A DNA stretch of 64,000 nt from Burkholderiales bacterium (GTDB lineage Bacteria > Pseudomonadota > Gammaproteobacteria > Burkholderiales > SG8-39), in the NCBI GenBank assembly GCA_035517095.1, contig DATIZK010000013.1, positions 44,348 to 108,347 on the forward strand, given 5' to 3'. Under the pieces are notes generated by a model that was not told where the DNA came from, searched no databases, and was given only the letters and a program-made list of their open reading frames with translations. The number at the start of each line of letters is the position of its first letter. The first letter of the stretch is position 1. A program made the position numbers and the translations under genes. This document shows positions 9,351 to 18,144 of this stretch, one piece after another.

Positions 9351-9664
9351 CTCACGTGCCTCGCTGCGACAAATTGGTTGTGTGATGCCTAACGTGAAAT
9401 AGTCAGATTGGTTGCTGAATAACATAGACCCGAGAGTTTAGGGGGCTGTCAATGCTCACGCGAATCAGCGCGTTAACGCGTTGCACACTCGCGCCGTCGT
9501 CGTGATAGCCGACCTGTGGGCGATCAGGTTTCTGATTCGCGACTTGATTCTTGGCGAGCGCAGGACGGCAAGACAAATCTCGGTCGATCGGCAGGCGGTG
9601 CGCTCCGTTGCGCGCTACTTGTGCGGGCGCTTGCCGGATCCGCCGAGCTTTGTCGTGACGAGCG

Positions 9665-10207
9665 CTAGACGCCATCCGGAATCTTGGAGGCCATCATTTT
9701 CCTCCGGTCGAGCCTGCGTCCGTCGACGATGAAGGTGCCGTCGCCGACCGCGTGCAGGGTGCGCCTCTCCTTGCGCGCGGGGTCGACGTGGGCGGCGACG
9801 CCTTCGAGCACGACGATGTTGTGCTGCTTGACGATGTCGAACACCTTGCACTCGATGTTCGCCAGGCACTCCTTGATCAGCGGCGCCTTGACGCGCTTGG
9901 CGCGCACGGGGGTGAGGTTGAACTTGGCGAACTTGTCGGTCTCGGCGCCGGAGCAGGTGCCGATACCGACCACCTTGTCGAGCATGTCTACGGTGGGGAT
10001 GGCGATGACGCATTGCCTGGTCTTGCGCAGCGCCGCGTAGGAGTGGTTCCACTCGCCGGTGCAGATCGCGAAGGCGGGGGTGAAGTCGAGCACCATGGTC
10101 CAGGAGATGGTCATGATGTTGTTCTTCTTCCCGTCGTAGGTCGTCACGAGGACGACGGGGCCGGATTCCATCAGGGTGAAGGCCTTGCTCAGGTTCAGCT
10201 TGCGCAT
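9665..10207 (-). CDS. flavin reductase family protein (FMN-binding split barrel)
   Basis: LMESGPVVLVTTYDGKKNNIMTISW...CSGAETDKF is the typical flavin reductase-like domain. Confidence 0.85.
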   Translation of the reverse strand: MRKLNLSKAFTLMESGPVVLVTTYDGKKNNIMTISWTMVLDFTPAFAICTGEWNHSYAALRKTRQCVIAIPTVDMLDKVVGIGTCSGAETDKFAKFNLTPVRAKRVKAPLIKECLANIECKVFDIVKQHNIVVLEGVAAHVDPARKERRTLHAVGDGTFIVDGRRLDRRKMMASKIPDGV

Positions 10208-10219
10208 AGGTGTATCTCC

Positions 10220-11287
10220 TCACATCTTGAGCGGTTGCCAGTACCCGGTGAGCTCGAGGTAGCCGCGGCCGGCTTCCCTGCCCGCCTGCATCGCGCGCAC
10301 CGCGCCTTCCCAGTAGATCGCGCCGGTGCTGGCGCGCGAGTCGAGCTCCTGGTCGTCCATCAGGGGCTCGAGGTCCCAGGTTTCGGTGCCGGCGGTGAGG
10401 CGCATCGCGACGGGGTATTCGACGCCGGTGCGCGGGGAGCGCCAGGTGCGCAGCGGCGCGAAGGTGATCTGCGCCGGGGCGAAGCCGGTCTTGCCCTGCC
10501 CGGTCTTGAGCGTGCCGCCGGCCCAGTAGACGCCGCCGGTCTTGTTTCTGATGCGGAACGCCATGAGGGCGCCGCCGCGCTCGAGGTTGATGCCGCACCA
10601 GTCCCAGCCGGCCGCTTCCGGGGCGAGGTAGTCGCTCGACCATTCGTGGTCCAGCCAGGCGCCGCCGCTGACCTGTTCCCTGCCCTTGCCGCGCTCGATC
10701 GTGCCGCGCACTTCGAGCTGCGGGCGGCTGTAGTAGTAGCTCGCCTCGTCCGGGCGCGGGCCCTTGCGGCTGTAGCCGCCGTCGCCTTCCAGCAGCGCCG
10801 GCGCGTAGGCGGCGAGGCCCAGCTCGAGCGCGAATTCGCGCGCGGGGATCGTAGCGCGGTAACTGTCGCCCTCGAGCTTGAAGCGCCAGTCGTCGATCCA
10901 GGCGTCGGTGGTCGCTTCGGACGCGCCGGCGAGGCCGAGCGCTTGGCGCGCGGCGCGCTGGTCGTCGCGCAGGCGGCCGTACGAAGGATCGGACAGCGCG
11001 GCGTGCGCGAACACGAGCTGGCGCGGCGTGAACGCGCTCGGGTTGTCGGTCGCAAACGCAAGGCGACTGCGAAAGAACGTCACCTGGAAGCCGAGCGCCT
11101 CGCTGCCGGCGGCGAGCCAGCCGGTCGCGTACCACCACTCGGTGCGGAAGTCCGGGTGCGCGCCGTGGTCGCGGGGGAAATGAAGGGGGCGATCGGGGAC
11201 GACCTGGGGAAAAGAAATTTCTTTCGCGACCAGGTCACGAGTAAACCCGAGTAAAACCAGCCCCGATACGAATTCCCTGCGCTTCAC
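10220..11287 (-). CDS. lipocalin-like / AttH / carotenoid 1,2-hydratase (CrtC)-like protein
   Basis: FPRDHGAHPDFRTEWWYATGWL and SYYYSRPQLEVRGT motifs are present. The GTG 11287 start sits behind a GGGAGGA RBS and overlaps the upstream stop (GTGA). Confidence 0.8.
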   Translation of the reverse strand: MKRREFVSGLVLLGFTRDLVAKEISFPQVVPDRPLHFPRDHGAHPDFRTEWWYATGWLAAGSEALGFQVTFFRSRLAFATDNPSAFTPRQLVFAHAALSDPSYGRLRDDQRAARQALGLAGASEATTDAWIDDWRFKLEGDSYRATIPAREFALELGLAAYAPALLEGDGGYSRKGPRPDEASYYYSRPQLEVRGTIERGKGREQVSGGAWLDHEWSSDYLAPEAAGWDWCGINLERGGALMAFRIRNKTGGVYWAGGTLKTGQGKTGFAPAQITFAPLRTWRSPRTGVEYPVAMRLTAGTETWDLEPLMDDQELDSRASTGAIYWEGAVRAMQAGREAGRGYLELTGYWQPLKM

Positions 11288-13788
11288 CAGTCCTCCCGCA
11301 CGGCGCGCACGGCGCCGATTCCCATCGCCTCGCGCCCGGAGAGCCAGGCGGTGAGCGCCGCGAGCGCGATCAGGACCGCGGTGAGCGAGGCCAGCATCGC
11401 GTACGGCAGGTGGGTCTCCATGCCCCAGTTGAACGACTGGCGGTTGACGACGTGGATCAGGATCTCGCCGATCGCGAACCCGACCAGCATCCCCGCCGCG
11501 GCGCCCAGCAGCGCGAGCAGGCCGCCCTCGGCGGCGAGCATGGCGCCGATCTGGCCGCGCGTCATGCCCAGGTGGCGCAGCATGCCGAACTCGCGCCGGC
11601 GCGCGAGCACGATCGCGCCCAGGCTCGAGGACAGGCCGAACATGCCCACCAGCACCGCCACCGCCTCGATCGCGTAGGTGATCGCGAAGCTGCGATCGAA
11701 AATGCGCAGCGACGCGCGCCGGATCTCGCCCGGGGTCGAGATCTCGAGCTCGCGCCCGCCGCGCAGCGCGCGCAGCGCCGCGATCGCGTCCTCGACCTTC
11801 GTCCCGGGCTTGACCCAAAGCGCGGCGTCGTTCGCGCGCGCATCGCCCGTGAGCCTGGCGTACTCGGCGCGCTCGACGATGATCGCGCCCTGCTGGCGCG
11901 CGTAGTCGCGCCACACCCCGGCGACCACGAACGCGCGGCGCGCGCCGGCGAGCGGCAGCTCGATTCGTTTGCCCGGCGCGTAGCCGTAGATCGCCTCGAG
12001 CGCCTCGTTTACCCAGGCCGGCGGCGGGTCGCCGGGCTTCAACTGGTAGCGCGCGCCGACCAGCGGGTAGGTCTGCTCCGCCCCGGCCTGCGGCAGGTCG
12101 CGCGCGAGCAGCTGCACCGGCGGGCGGCTCGCATCGAGCGCGATGCGGCTGGTGCGCATGAACTCGGCGCGCGCGATCTGCGGCAGCGCGAGCACCGCGC
12201 GCTCGAACGCGGGATCGAGGAACGCGGTGTCGCCGCTCTGGGTGGTGCGCAAGTAGAAGTCCGCCGGCAGCACGCGGTCGAGCCAGTCGCTCACCGACTC
12301 GCGGAACGATGCCACCATGACCGCCATCGCGACCATGAGCGAGAAGCTGGCGACGATCGCCGCCAGGCTCACCATCGCCTGCCCCGGCGCGCCGCGCAGC
12401 TGCTCGAGCGCGAGCGCCGCCGGCACGCGCCGCGGCGGCGGCAGCCGGTCGAACACGCCTTGGGCCAGGCGCGGCATGAGCGCGATCCCGCCCAGCAGCA
12501 TGCAGGCGATCGCGGCGTAGCCGAACAGCGGCAGCCCGCCGACCGGCCCGAGCCGGGTCATGCCGGCGCCGGCCGCGAGCAGCGCGAGGCCGGGCCAGGC
12601 CGACACCAGCGAGCCGAACATCGCCTGCTCGTCGCCGGCTTTAAGGGCGCGCGCGGGCGGCCGGCGCGCGGCGTCGAGCGCCGGCAGCGCCGCGCCGGCA
12701 AGCGCGATCGTGCTGCCCGCCGCGAGATACGCCAGCGCCGTGCGCCAGTCGAAGGCAAGCTCGGGCGACACGCCGCGGAAGAACCCGGCGCCGAGGTCGG
12801 CGCCGGTGAAGCGCAATGCGAGCTTGGCCAGGCCCCAGCCGAGCGCGAGCCCGAGCGCGCTGCCGAGGAGCCCGACTGCGCCCGCCTCGATCAGCACCAG
12901 CCGCGCCACGCCGCGCCGCGGCAGGCCCAGCACCCGCAGCAGCGCGTGCTCGCCGCGCCGGCGCGCCACCTCCAGCGCCTGGGCCGAGAAGACGAGAAAT
13001 CCGCCGGTGAACAGCGCCACCAGCGCCAGCACGTTCATGTTGACCCGGTAGGCGCGCGAGGGGTCGGCGCTCTGGGCGGCCGCGGTCTGCACCGGCACGA
13101 CGTAGCTGCCCGCCGGCAGCAGCGCGGCCACGCGCGCGCGCATTGCCGCCCGGTCCACCCCCGGCTCGAGGCGCAGGTCGATCCGGTTCAGCTCGCCCAG
13201 GCGGTCGAGGCGCCACTGCGCGGTGGCGACGTCGGTGAGCGCGACCTCGCCCGGCAGCGCCGCCGCCGGCAGCACGCCCGCCACGCGCAGCTCGACGCGC
13301 GACAGTCCCACCACCAGCGCGAGCCGCCCGCCTTGTTTCAGGGCCAGGGCGCGCGCGGCGCCCGCCGAGAGCAGCACCCGGTCCGGCTCGAGCAGCGCGA
13401 GGCGATCGCCCTGCGCCAGCCCGGCGAAGAGCTGCGGATGCATGCGCGCCGCGCGCAGCGCGTCGATCCCGATCACGCGCAGGCTGCGCTCGCTGCCGGC
13501 GACGCCGGCGCGCAGGTCCAGCGCAGGGCTGGCGAGCGCGACCCCGGGCAAGCGCGCGATCCTCGGATAGAGCGCATCGGGAAAGCCGGCGCGGGCGCCG
13601 CGAACCTCGAGGTCGGCGACGCCCGCCACCGCGCGCACTCCGGCGGCGAGATCGTTGACCGCGGCGCGGTTGACCAGCTGCACGCCGAAGCCGAGCGCAA
13701 CGCCGAGCGCGATTCCGGCCACCGAAAGCAGCGCGCGCCCGCGCTGGTGCGCGAGGCGGGCGTTCAGGATGAGGAACAGGCGCAGCAT
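11284..13788 (-). CDS. ABC-transporter permease, FtsX-like, duplicated (MacB-type, ~834 aa)
   Basis: Two FtsX-type 4-TM modules are separated by large periplasmic domains. The start is taken at ATG 13788 (MLRLFLILNARLAHQRGRALLSVAGIALGVAL). No ATPase gene is adjacent. Confidence 0.85.
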   Translation of the reverse strand: MLRLFLILNARLAHQRGRALLSVAGIALGVALGFGVQLVNRAAVNDLAAGVRAVAGVADLEVRGARAGFPDALYPRIARLPGVALASPALDLRAGVAGSERSLRVIGIDALRAARMHPQLFAGLAQGDRLALLEPDRVLLSAGAARALALKQGGRLALVVGLSRVELRVAGVLPAAALPGEVALTDVATAQWRLDRLGELNRIDLRLEPGVDRAAMRARVAALLPAGSYVVPVQTAAAQSADPSRAYRVNMNVLALVALFTGGFLVFSAQALEVARRRGEHALLRVLGLPRRGVARLVLIEAGAVGLLGSALGLALGWGLAKLALRFTGADLGAGFFRGVSPELAFDWRTALAYLAAGSTIALAGAALPALDAARRPPARALKAGDEQAMFGSLVSAWPGLALLAAGAGMTRLGPVGGLPLFGYAAIACMLLGGIALMPRLAQGVFDRLPPPRRVPAALALEQLRGAPGQAMVSLAAIVASFSLMVAMAVMVASFRESVSDWLDRVLPADFYLRTTQSGDTAFLDPAFERAVLALPQIARAEFMRTSRIALDASRPPVQLLARDLPQAGAEQTYPLVGARYQLKPGDPPPAWVNEALEAIYGYAPGKRIELPLAGARRAFVVAGVWRDYARQQGAIIVERAEYARLTGDARANDAALWVKPGTKVEDAIAALRALRGGRELEISTPGEIRRASLRIFDRSFAITYAIEAVAVLVGMFGLSSSLGAIVLARRREFGMLRHLGMTRGQIGAMLAAEGGLLALLGAAAGMLVGFAIGEILIHVVNRQSFNWGMETHLPYAMLASLTAVLIALAALTAWLSGREAMGIGAVRAVREDW

Positions 13789-13839
13789 GGGATATTCGAA
13801 AACAAACCAAAGATTGTAGCCAATAGCTTTTCTGCAATC

Positions 13840-13878
13840 GCACATCCGAATCTTATCGACGCTGCAAGGCGGATGTGC
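13840..13878. promoter_or_regulatory. 9-bp perfect inverted repeat (GCACATCCG-N21-CGGATGTGC) in a divergent promoter region
   Basis: Read directly at 13840-13848 and 13870-13878. It lies in the AT-richer 127-bp spacer between the permease gene and the 2Fe-2S gene, 38 nt upstream of ATG 13916. It could be an operator or a 5'-UTR hairpin. Confidence 0.35.
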
Positions 13879-13915
13879 TATCCCTGCGCGCCCTATCATC
13901 GCTCAGGGAGGAGCC

Positions 13916-14377
13916 ATGATCACGCTGACCGTCAACGGCAGGAAAGTAAAGGCCGCCGCAGAACCCGATACGCCGCTGCTCTGGGTCCTGCGCGACACGC
14001 TCGGTATGACCGGGACCAAGTTCGGCTGCGGCAAGCAGCTGTGCGGCGCCTGCACGGTGCACCTCGACGGCAAGCCCGCCCGCTCGTGCGGCACACCCGT
14101 GGCGGCCGCGGTCGGCAAGCAGATCACCACCATCGAGGCGATCGGCAAGACCGAGGCCGGCAGGAAGATCCAGGCGGCTTGGGTCGCGATCGACGTGCCG
14201 CAATGCGGCTACTGCCAGTCGGGCCAGATCATGAGCGCGAGCGCGCTGCTGGCCGAGAACCCCAGTCCCAGCGACGCGGACATCGACGCCGCGATGGCGG
14301 GCAACATCTGCCGCTGTGGCACCTATCCGCGAATCCGCGCGGCGATCCACAAGGCCGCCGGCACCAAGGGAGCCTGA
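13916..14377 (+). CDS. (2Fe-2S)-binding small subunit of an IorAB-type molybdenum hydroxylase
   Basis: [12 protein letters not shown] and [11 protein letters not shown]...NICRCGTY are the two [2Fe-2S] cluster motifs. A GGGAGGAG RBS is present. Confidence 0.92.
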   Translation: MITLTVNGRKVKAAAEPDTPLLWVLRDTLGMTGTKFGCGKQLCGACTVHLDGKPARSCGTPVAAAVGKQITTIEAIGKTEAGRKIQAAWVAIDVPQCGYCQSGQIMSASALLAENPSPSDADIDAAMAGNICRCGTYPRIRAAIHKAAGTKGA

Positions 14378-14379
14378 CC

Positions 14380-16497
14380 ATGACGACGACACTCAAGAAT
14401 CCCGCGCGCCGCGACTTCCTGAAGACCGGCGCCGCGCTGGGCGGCGGCCTGGTGATTGGCGTGCATCTGCCGCAGGCCCTCGGCAAGCAAGTCAGCACGT
14501 CGATGCCCAACGCCTTCGTCCGGATCGGATCGGACAACTCGATCACGATCCTGTGCGCCCGCTCCGAGATGGGCCAGGGCGTGGTGATGGCCATGCCGAC
14601 GCTGGTAGCCGAGGAGCTCGAAGTCAACCTGCACCGGATCAAGGTCGACTTCGCGCCCCCGAGCGAGATGTACATCAACAACCTGCTCGGGGCGCAGATC
14701 ACGGGCGGCTCGACCTCGGTTCGCGACGGCTACGACAAGCTGCGCGTCGCGGGCGCGCAGGCGCGCACGATGCTCGTACAGGCCGCGGCGGACGAGTGGA
14801 AGATCGATCCGGCCAAGTGCCGCGCGCGCAATGGCGTGGTGACGGGCCCCGGCGGCAAGAAGGCGACCTATGGGCAGCTGGCCGAGGCCGCCTCCAAGCT
14901 CACGCCGCCCAAGGACGTGAAGCTCAAGGATCCGTCCAAATTCCGCTATGTCGGCAAGGCGCTGCACCGCATGGACACCCCGGACAAGATCCATGGACGC
15001 ACCGTATTCGGCATCGACGTCAAGCTGCCGGGCATGCTCTACGCGTCGCTGGCCCAATGTCCGGTCACGGGAGGCAAGCCCGTTTCCTTCGACGACTCGA
15101 AGGCGAAATCGATGCCCGGCGTGCGTCATATCGTGCAGATCTCCGACGGCGTCGCGGTGGTGGCCGACAGCTGGTGGCGCGCCAGGAAGGCGCGCGACGC
15201 GCTCGCCGTTACCTGGGACGAAGGCCCGAACAAGAGCCTGAGCTCTGAAGGCATGCGCGAGCAGCTGAGCGAGGCGGTGAAGCAACCGGGCGCGACGATC
15301 AAGAAGCAGGGCGACGCCGCCGCCGCGCTGAAGAGCGCGGCAAAGACCGTGGACGCGACCTACGAGATGCCGTTCCTGTCGCACTCGCCGATGGAGCCGA
15401 TGAACTTTACCGCCGACGTGCGCAAGGACTCGGCGACGCTGATCGGCGCGATCCAGTTCCAGCAGGCGGCGCTCGGCATTGCCGCGAAGATCACCGGGCT
15501 CAAGCCGGATCAGATCACGGTCAAGACGACGTTCCTCGGCGGCGGGTTCGGCCGCCGCCTCGACCTCGACTACGTGACGCAGGCCCTGGAGATCTCGAAG
15601 GCGGTCGGAGCACCGGTGAAACTCGTCTGGACGCGCGAAGACGACATGACCCACGACTTCTACCGGCCGGCGAGCCTGACGCAGATGTCGGGGGGCCTGG
15701 ATGCGAGCGGCAAGCCCGTGGCGCTGACCCTCAAGATGACCGGGCCGTCGATCACCTCGCGCTTCGTGCCGCCCGCGGTGAAGGACGGCGTCGACCCGTT
15801 CATGACCGAAGCGATCCTGGTGCCGTACGACATCCCGAACCAGTCGGTGGCGACGGTCATCCACGAGACGGGGCTTCGGGTCGGGTACCTGCGCTCGGTG
15901 TCGCACGCGCTGAACGCCTTCGCGAACGAGACCTTCATCGACGAGATGGCCGTTGCCGCAGGCAAGGACCCGTACGAGTTCCGCCGCAGCCTGCTGGAGA
16001 GCAAGCCGCGCTTCCGCCGCGTGCTCGACATCGCCGCCAAGAGCGCAGGATGGGGCAAGGCGCTGCCCAAGGGGCGCGCCCGCGGCATCGCACTGATGGA
16101 GGGGTACGACACCTATATGGCGCAGGTGGCCGAGGTATCGGCGAAGGACGGCAGGCCCGTCGTGCACCGCGTCGTGGTCGCCGTCGACCTCGGGCGCATG
16201 GTGAACCCCAACATCGTGCGCCAGCAGCTCGAGGGCAACATCATCTTCGGCATGCAGACCGCGCTGTACGGCGAGATCACGCTCGAGAACGGGCGCGTGC
16301 AGCAAAACAACTTCGACAAGTACCTCATGCCGCGCATGCCGGAGACGCCGAAGATCGAGCTGCACATCGTCGACAGCAAGGAAAAGCCGGGCGGCATCGG
16401 CGAGCCCGGCACGGCGGTCCTCGGACCCGCGATCGGCAACGCGATCTACGCCCTCACCGGCCAGCGCCTGCGCAAGATGCCGTTCCGCCTTGCCTGA
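14380..16497 (+). CDS. molybdopterin-binding large subunit of an IorAB-type oxidoreductase (xanthine dehydrogenase family), Tat signal
   Basis: Twin-arginine signal MTTTLKNPARRDFLKTGAALGGGLVIG. About 705 aa with an IorB-like C-terminus ...GIGEPGTAVLGPAIGNAIYALTGQRLRKMPF. Confidence 0.9.
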   Translation: MTTTLKNPARRDFLKTGAALGGGLVIGVHLPQALGKQVSTSMPNAFVRIGSDNSITILCARSEMGQGVVMAMPTLVAEELEVNLHRIKVDFAPPSEMYINNLLGAQITGGSTSVRDGYDKLRVAGAQARTMLVQAAADEWKIDPAKCRARNGVVTGPGGKKATYGQLAEAASKLTPPKDVKLKDPSKFRYVGKALHRMDTPDKIHGRTVFGIDVKLPGMLYASLAQCPVTGGKPVSFDDSKAKSMPGVRHIVQISDGVAVVADSWWRARKARDALAVTWDEGPNKSLSSEGMREQLSEAVKQPGATIKKQGDAAAALKSAAKTVDATYEMPFLSHSPMEPMNFTADVRKDSATLIGAIQFQQAALGIAAKITGLKPDQITVKTTFLGGGFGRRLDLDYVTQALEISKAVGAPVKLVWTREDDMTHDFYRPASLTQMSGGLDASGKPVALTLKMTGPSITSRFVPPAVKDGVDPFMTEAILVPYDIPNQSVATVIHETGLRVGYLRSVSHALNAFANETFIDEMAVAAGKDPYEFRRSLLESKPRFRRVLDIAAKSAGWGKALPKGRARGIALMEGYDTYMAQVAEVSAKDGRPVVHRVVVAVDLGRMVNPNIVRQQLEGNIIFGMQTALYGEITLENGRVQQNNFDKYLMPRMPETPKIELHIVDSKEKPGGIGEPGTAVLGPAIGNAIYALTGQRLRKMPFRLA

Positions 16498-17266
16498 CGC
16501 GCGCCGGTCCACGCGAAAAGCCCGCCTCGGCGGGCTTTTCGCGTTCTGCGCCCTGCTCTGCGCGCTGCCGCCGCCCGCAGGGGCGCAGGACTACGAGCGC
16601 GAGAAGCGCTGGTCCGACCAGATTCTCGAGTCGCTCATGGTCGGCGACGCGGTCTGGCTGCGGCAGAAGAACGGGCACCGCTTCCTGGGCCTGTACACCG
16701 TGGCGAAGAAGCCGCGCGGGGCGGTCATCGTCGCGCACGGCCGCGGCTGGAGCCCGGACTACGGGCTGTACGGCCAATTGCGCACGAAGCTCGCCGACGC
16801 GGGATACACGACGCTCTCGATCCAGCTGCCGGTCCTGCCCAGCACGGCGAAGTTCGGCGAGTACATACCACTCTATCCCGACGCGCGCGAGCGCTTCCAG
16901 CTCGCGGTCGATTTCGTCAAGGCGAAGGGCTACCGCAAGATCGCGATCGTCTCGCACAGCCTGGGCGCGACGATGGCGAACCAGTACCTGATCCGCACCG
17001 ACGACACGAGCGTCGGCGCTTGGGTGTTTATCAGCATCATCCAGGGCCTCGAGGAGATGTTCAGGATCAAGATCCCGGTGATGGACATCTACGGCGCGAA
17101 AGACTGGGACGTGACGCGCTGGGGCGGCCCCGAGCGGGCCAAGGAAATCGCCAAGGTGCCGGGCTCGGAGCAGGTCGTGATCCCGGGCGCGGGCCACTTC
17201 TACGAATACCGGGAGGACGACCTGGTGAAGGTCATCGTGCCGTTTCTCGACCGCAGCCTGCGCTAG
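16490..17266 (+). CDS. secreted alpha/beta-hydrolase-fold protein (DUF3530-like)
   Basis: Signal peptide is present. [14 protein letters not shown]...[37 protein letters not shown] matches DUF3530 as I recall it. Nucleophile elbow is VSHSLGA. It overlaps the preceding stop by 8 nt. Confidence 0.75.
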   Translation: MPDARRSTRKARLGGLFAFCALLCALPPPAGAQDYEREKRWSDQILESLMVGDAVWLRQKNGHRFLGLYTVAKKPRGAVIVAHGRGWSPDYGLYGQLRTKLADAGYTTLSIQLPVLPSTAKFGEYIPLYPDARERFQLAVDFVKAKGYRKIAIVSHSLGATMANQYLIRTDDTSVGAWVFISIIQGLEEMFRIKIPVMDIYGAKDWDVTRWGGPERAKEIAKVPGSEQVVIPGAGHFYEYREDDLVKVIVPFLDRSLR

Positions 17267-18099
17267 CGCGGGACGTCGCCGGCGAGCGTGATGCGGTGCA
17301 TCAGGCGCCGGTAGCCGTGATAGTCGTTGACCGGGTTGTGCTGCGCGCAGCGGTTGTCCCACAGCGCGATCGAGCCGGGCTGCCAGGCGAAGCGGCAGGT
17401 GAGCTCGGGCCGGATCTGGTGGCGGAAGAGGTACTCGAGCAGCGGGCGCGACTCCTCCTCGCTCCAGCCGGCGAAGCGCGCGGTATGGGCGACGTTGACG
17501 TACAGCGCCTTCCGGCCGGTCTCGGGATGGGTGCGCACCACCGGGTGCTCGGCGTTGAACTGCTTCTTGTCCTGCGTCCGCCCGTCGGTCTTGATGCGGT
17601 CCTCGCGCGTGCGCGTCACGTCGGCGCGTGCCGAGGAGTTGAGCGCGCGCAGGCCCTCGAGCGTGCCCTTGAGGCCTTGCGACAGGGTCTCGTAGGCGAG
17701 GTACATGTTGGCGAACTCGGTGTCGCCGCCGTAGGGCGGCAGCTCGCGCGCGAGCAGCATCGAGGCCATCGGCGGCAGTTCGAGATACGCGGTGTCCGAG
17801 TGCCAGATGCCGCCGAAGTTGACCGTCTCGTGCTCGAGCTTCTTGACCTCGATGATCTCGGGGAAGCCCTCGATGCCCTTGACGAACGGGTATTCGACCG
17901 GCGTGCCCCAGCCGCGCGCGAAGGCCATGTACTGCTCCGGGGTCAGGTTCTGGCCGCGAAAGAACAGCACCAGATGCTCGAGCCATGCCCGGCGCAGCTC
18001 GGCCGCGACCCCGGACGGCAGCGGGCGCGACAGGTCGACCCCGCTCACCTCGGCGCCGAGGGCGCCGGCGATGCGCCTGACTTGAAATCCGGAGGGCAT
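17263..18099 (-). CDS. TauD/TfdA family Fe(II)/2-oxoglutarate dioxygenase
   Basis: WHSDTAY...GGDTEFANM...[16 protein letters not shown] are the His-Asp-His facial triad and family motifs. Confidence 0.9.
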   Translation of the reverse strand: MPSGFQVRRIAGALGAEVSGVDLSRPLPSGVAAELRRAWLEHLVLFFRGQNLTPEQYMAFARGWGTPVEYPFVKGIEGFPEIIEVKKLEHETVNFGGIWHSDTAYLELPPMASMLLARELPPYGGDTEFANMYLAYETLSQGLKGTLEGLRALNSSARADVTRTREDRIKTDGRTQDKKQFNAEHPVVRTHPETGRKALYVNVAHTARFAGWSEEESRPLLEYLFRHQIRPELTCRFAWQPGSIALWDNRCAQHNPVNDYHGYRRLMHRITLAGDVPR

Positions 18100-18144
18100 G
18101 AATCAATTTATCATACGCGCCGCGATTCATTGCAGGAGGCAGTC

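Noticed and set aside
9403-9732. ORFs 9403..9675 (-) and 9481..9732 (+) in the low-GC spacer.
   Set aside because: They have no RBS, no recognisable motifs and odd composition, and they overlap each other and the flavin reductase gene end. I treated the region as non-coding.
11410-16497. Very long ORFs in the six-frame track. Examples are 1695 aa at 11410..16497 +, 1123 aa at 40823..44194 +, 859 aa at 52740..55319 -, 808 aa at 56272..58698 -, and the N-terminal extensions of 2573..4783, 10220..11914, 32934..36116 and 17020..19998.
   Set aside because: Their translations are Arg/Ala/Gly/Pro-rich low-complexity sequence typical of out-of-frame or antisense reading of ~70% GC DNA, where stop codons are rare. 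They overlap genes with clear family motifs on the other frame or strand. Only the sub-segments with recognisable motifs and an RBS were kept.
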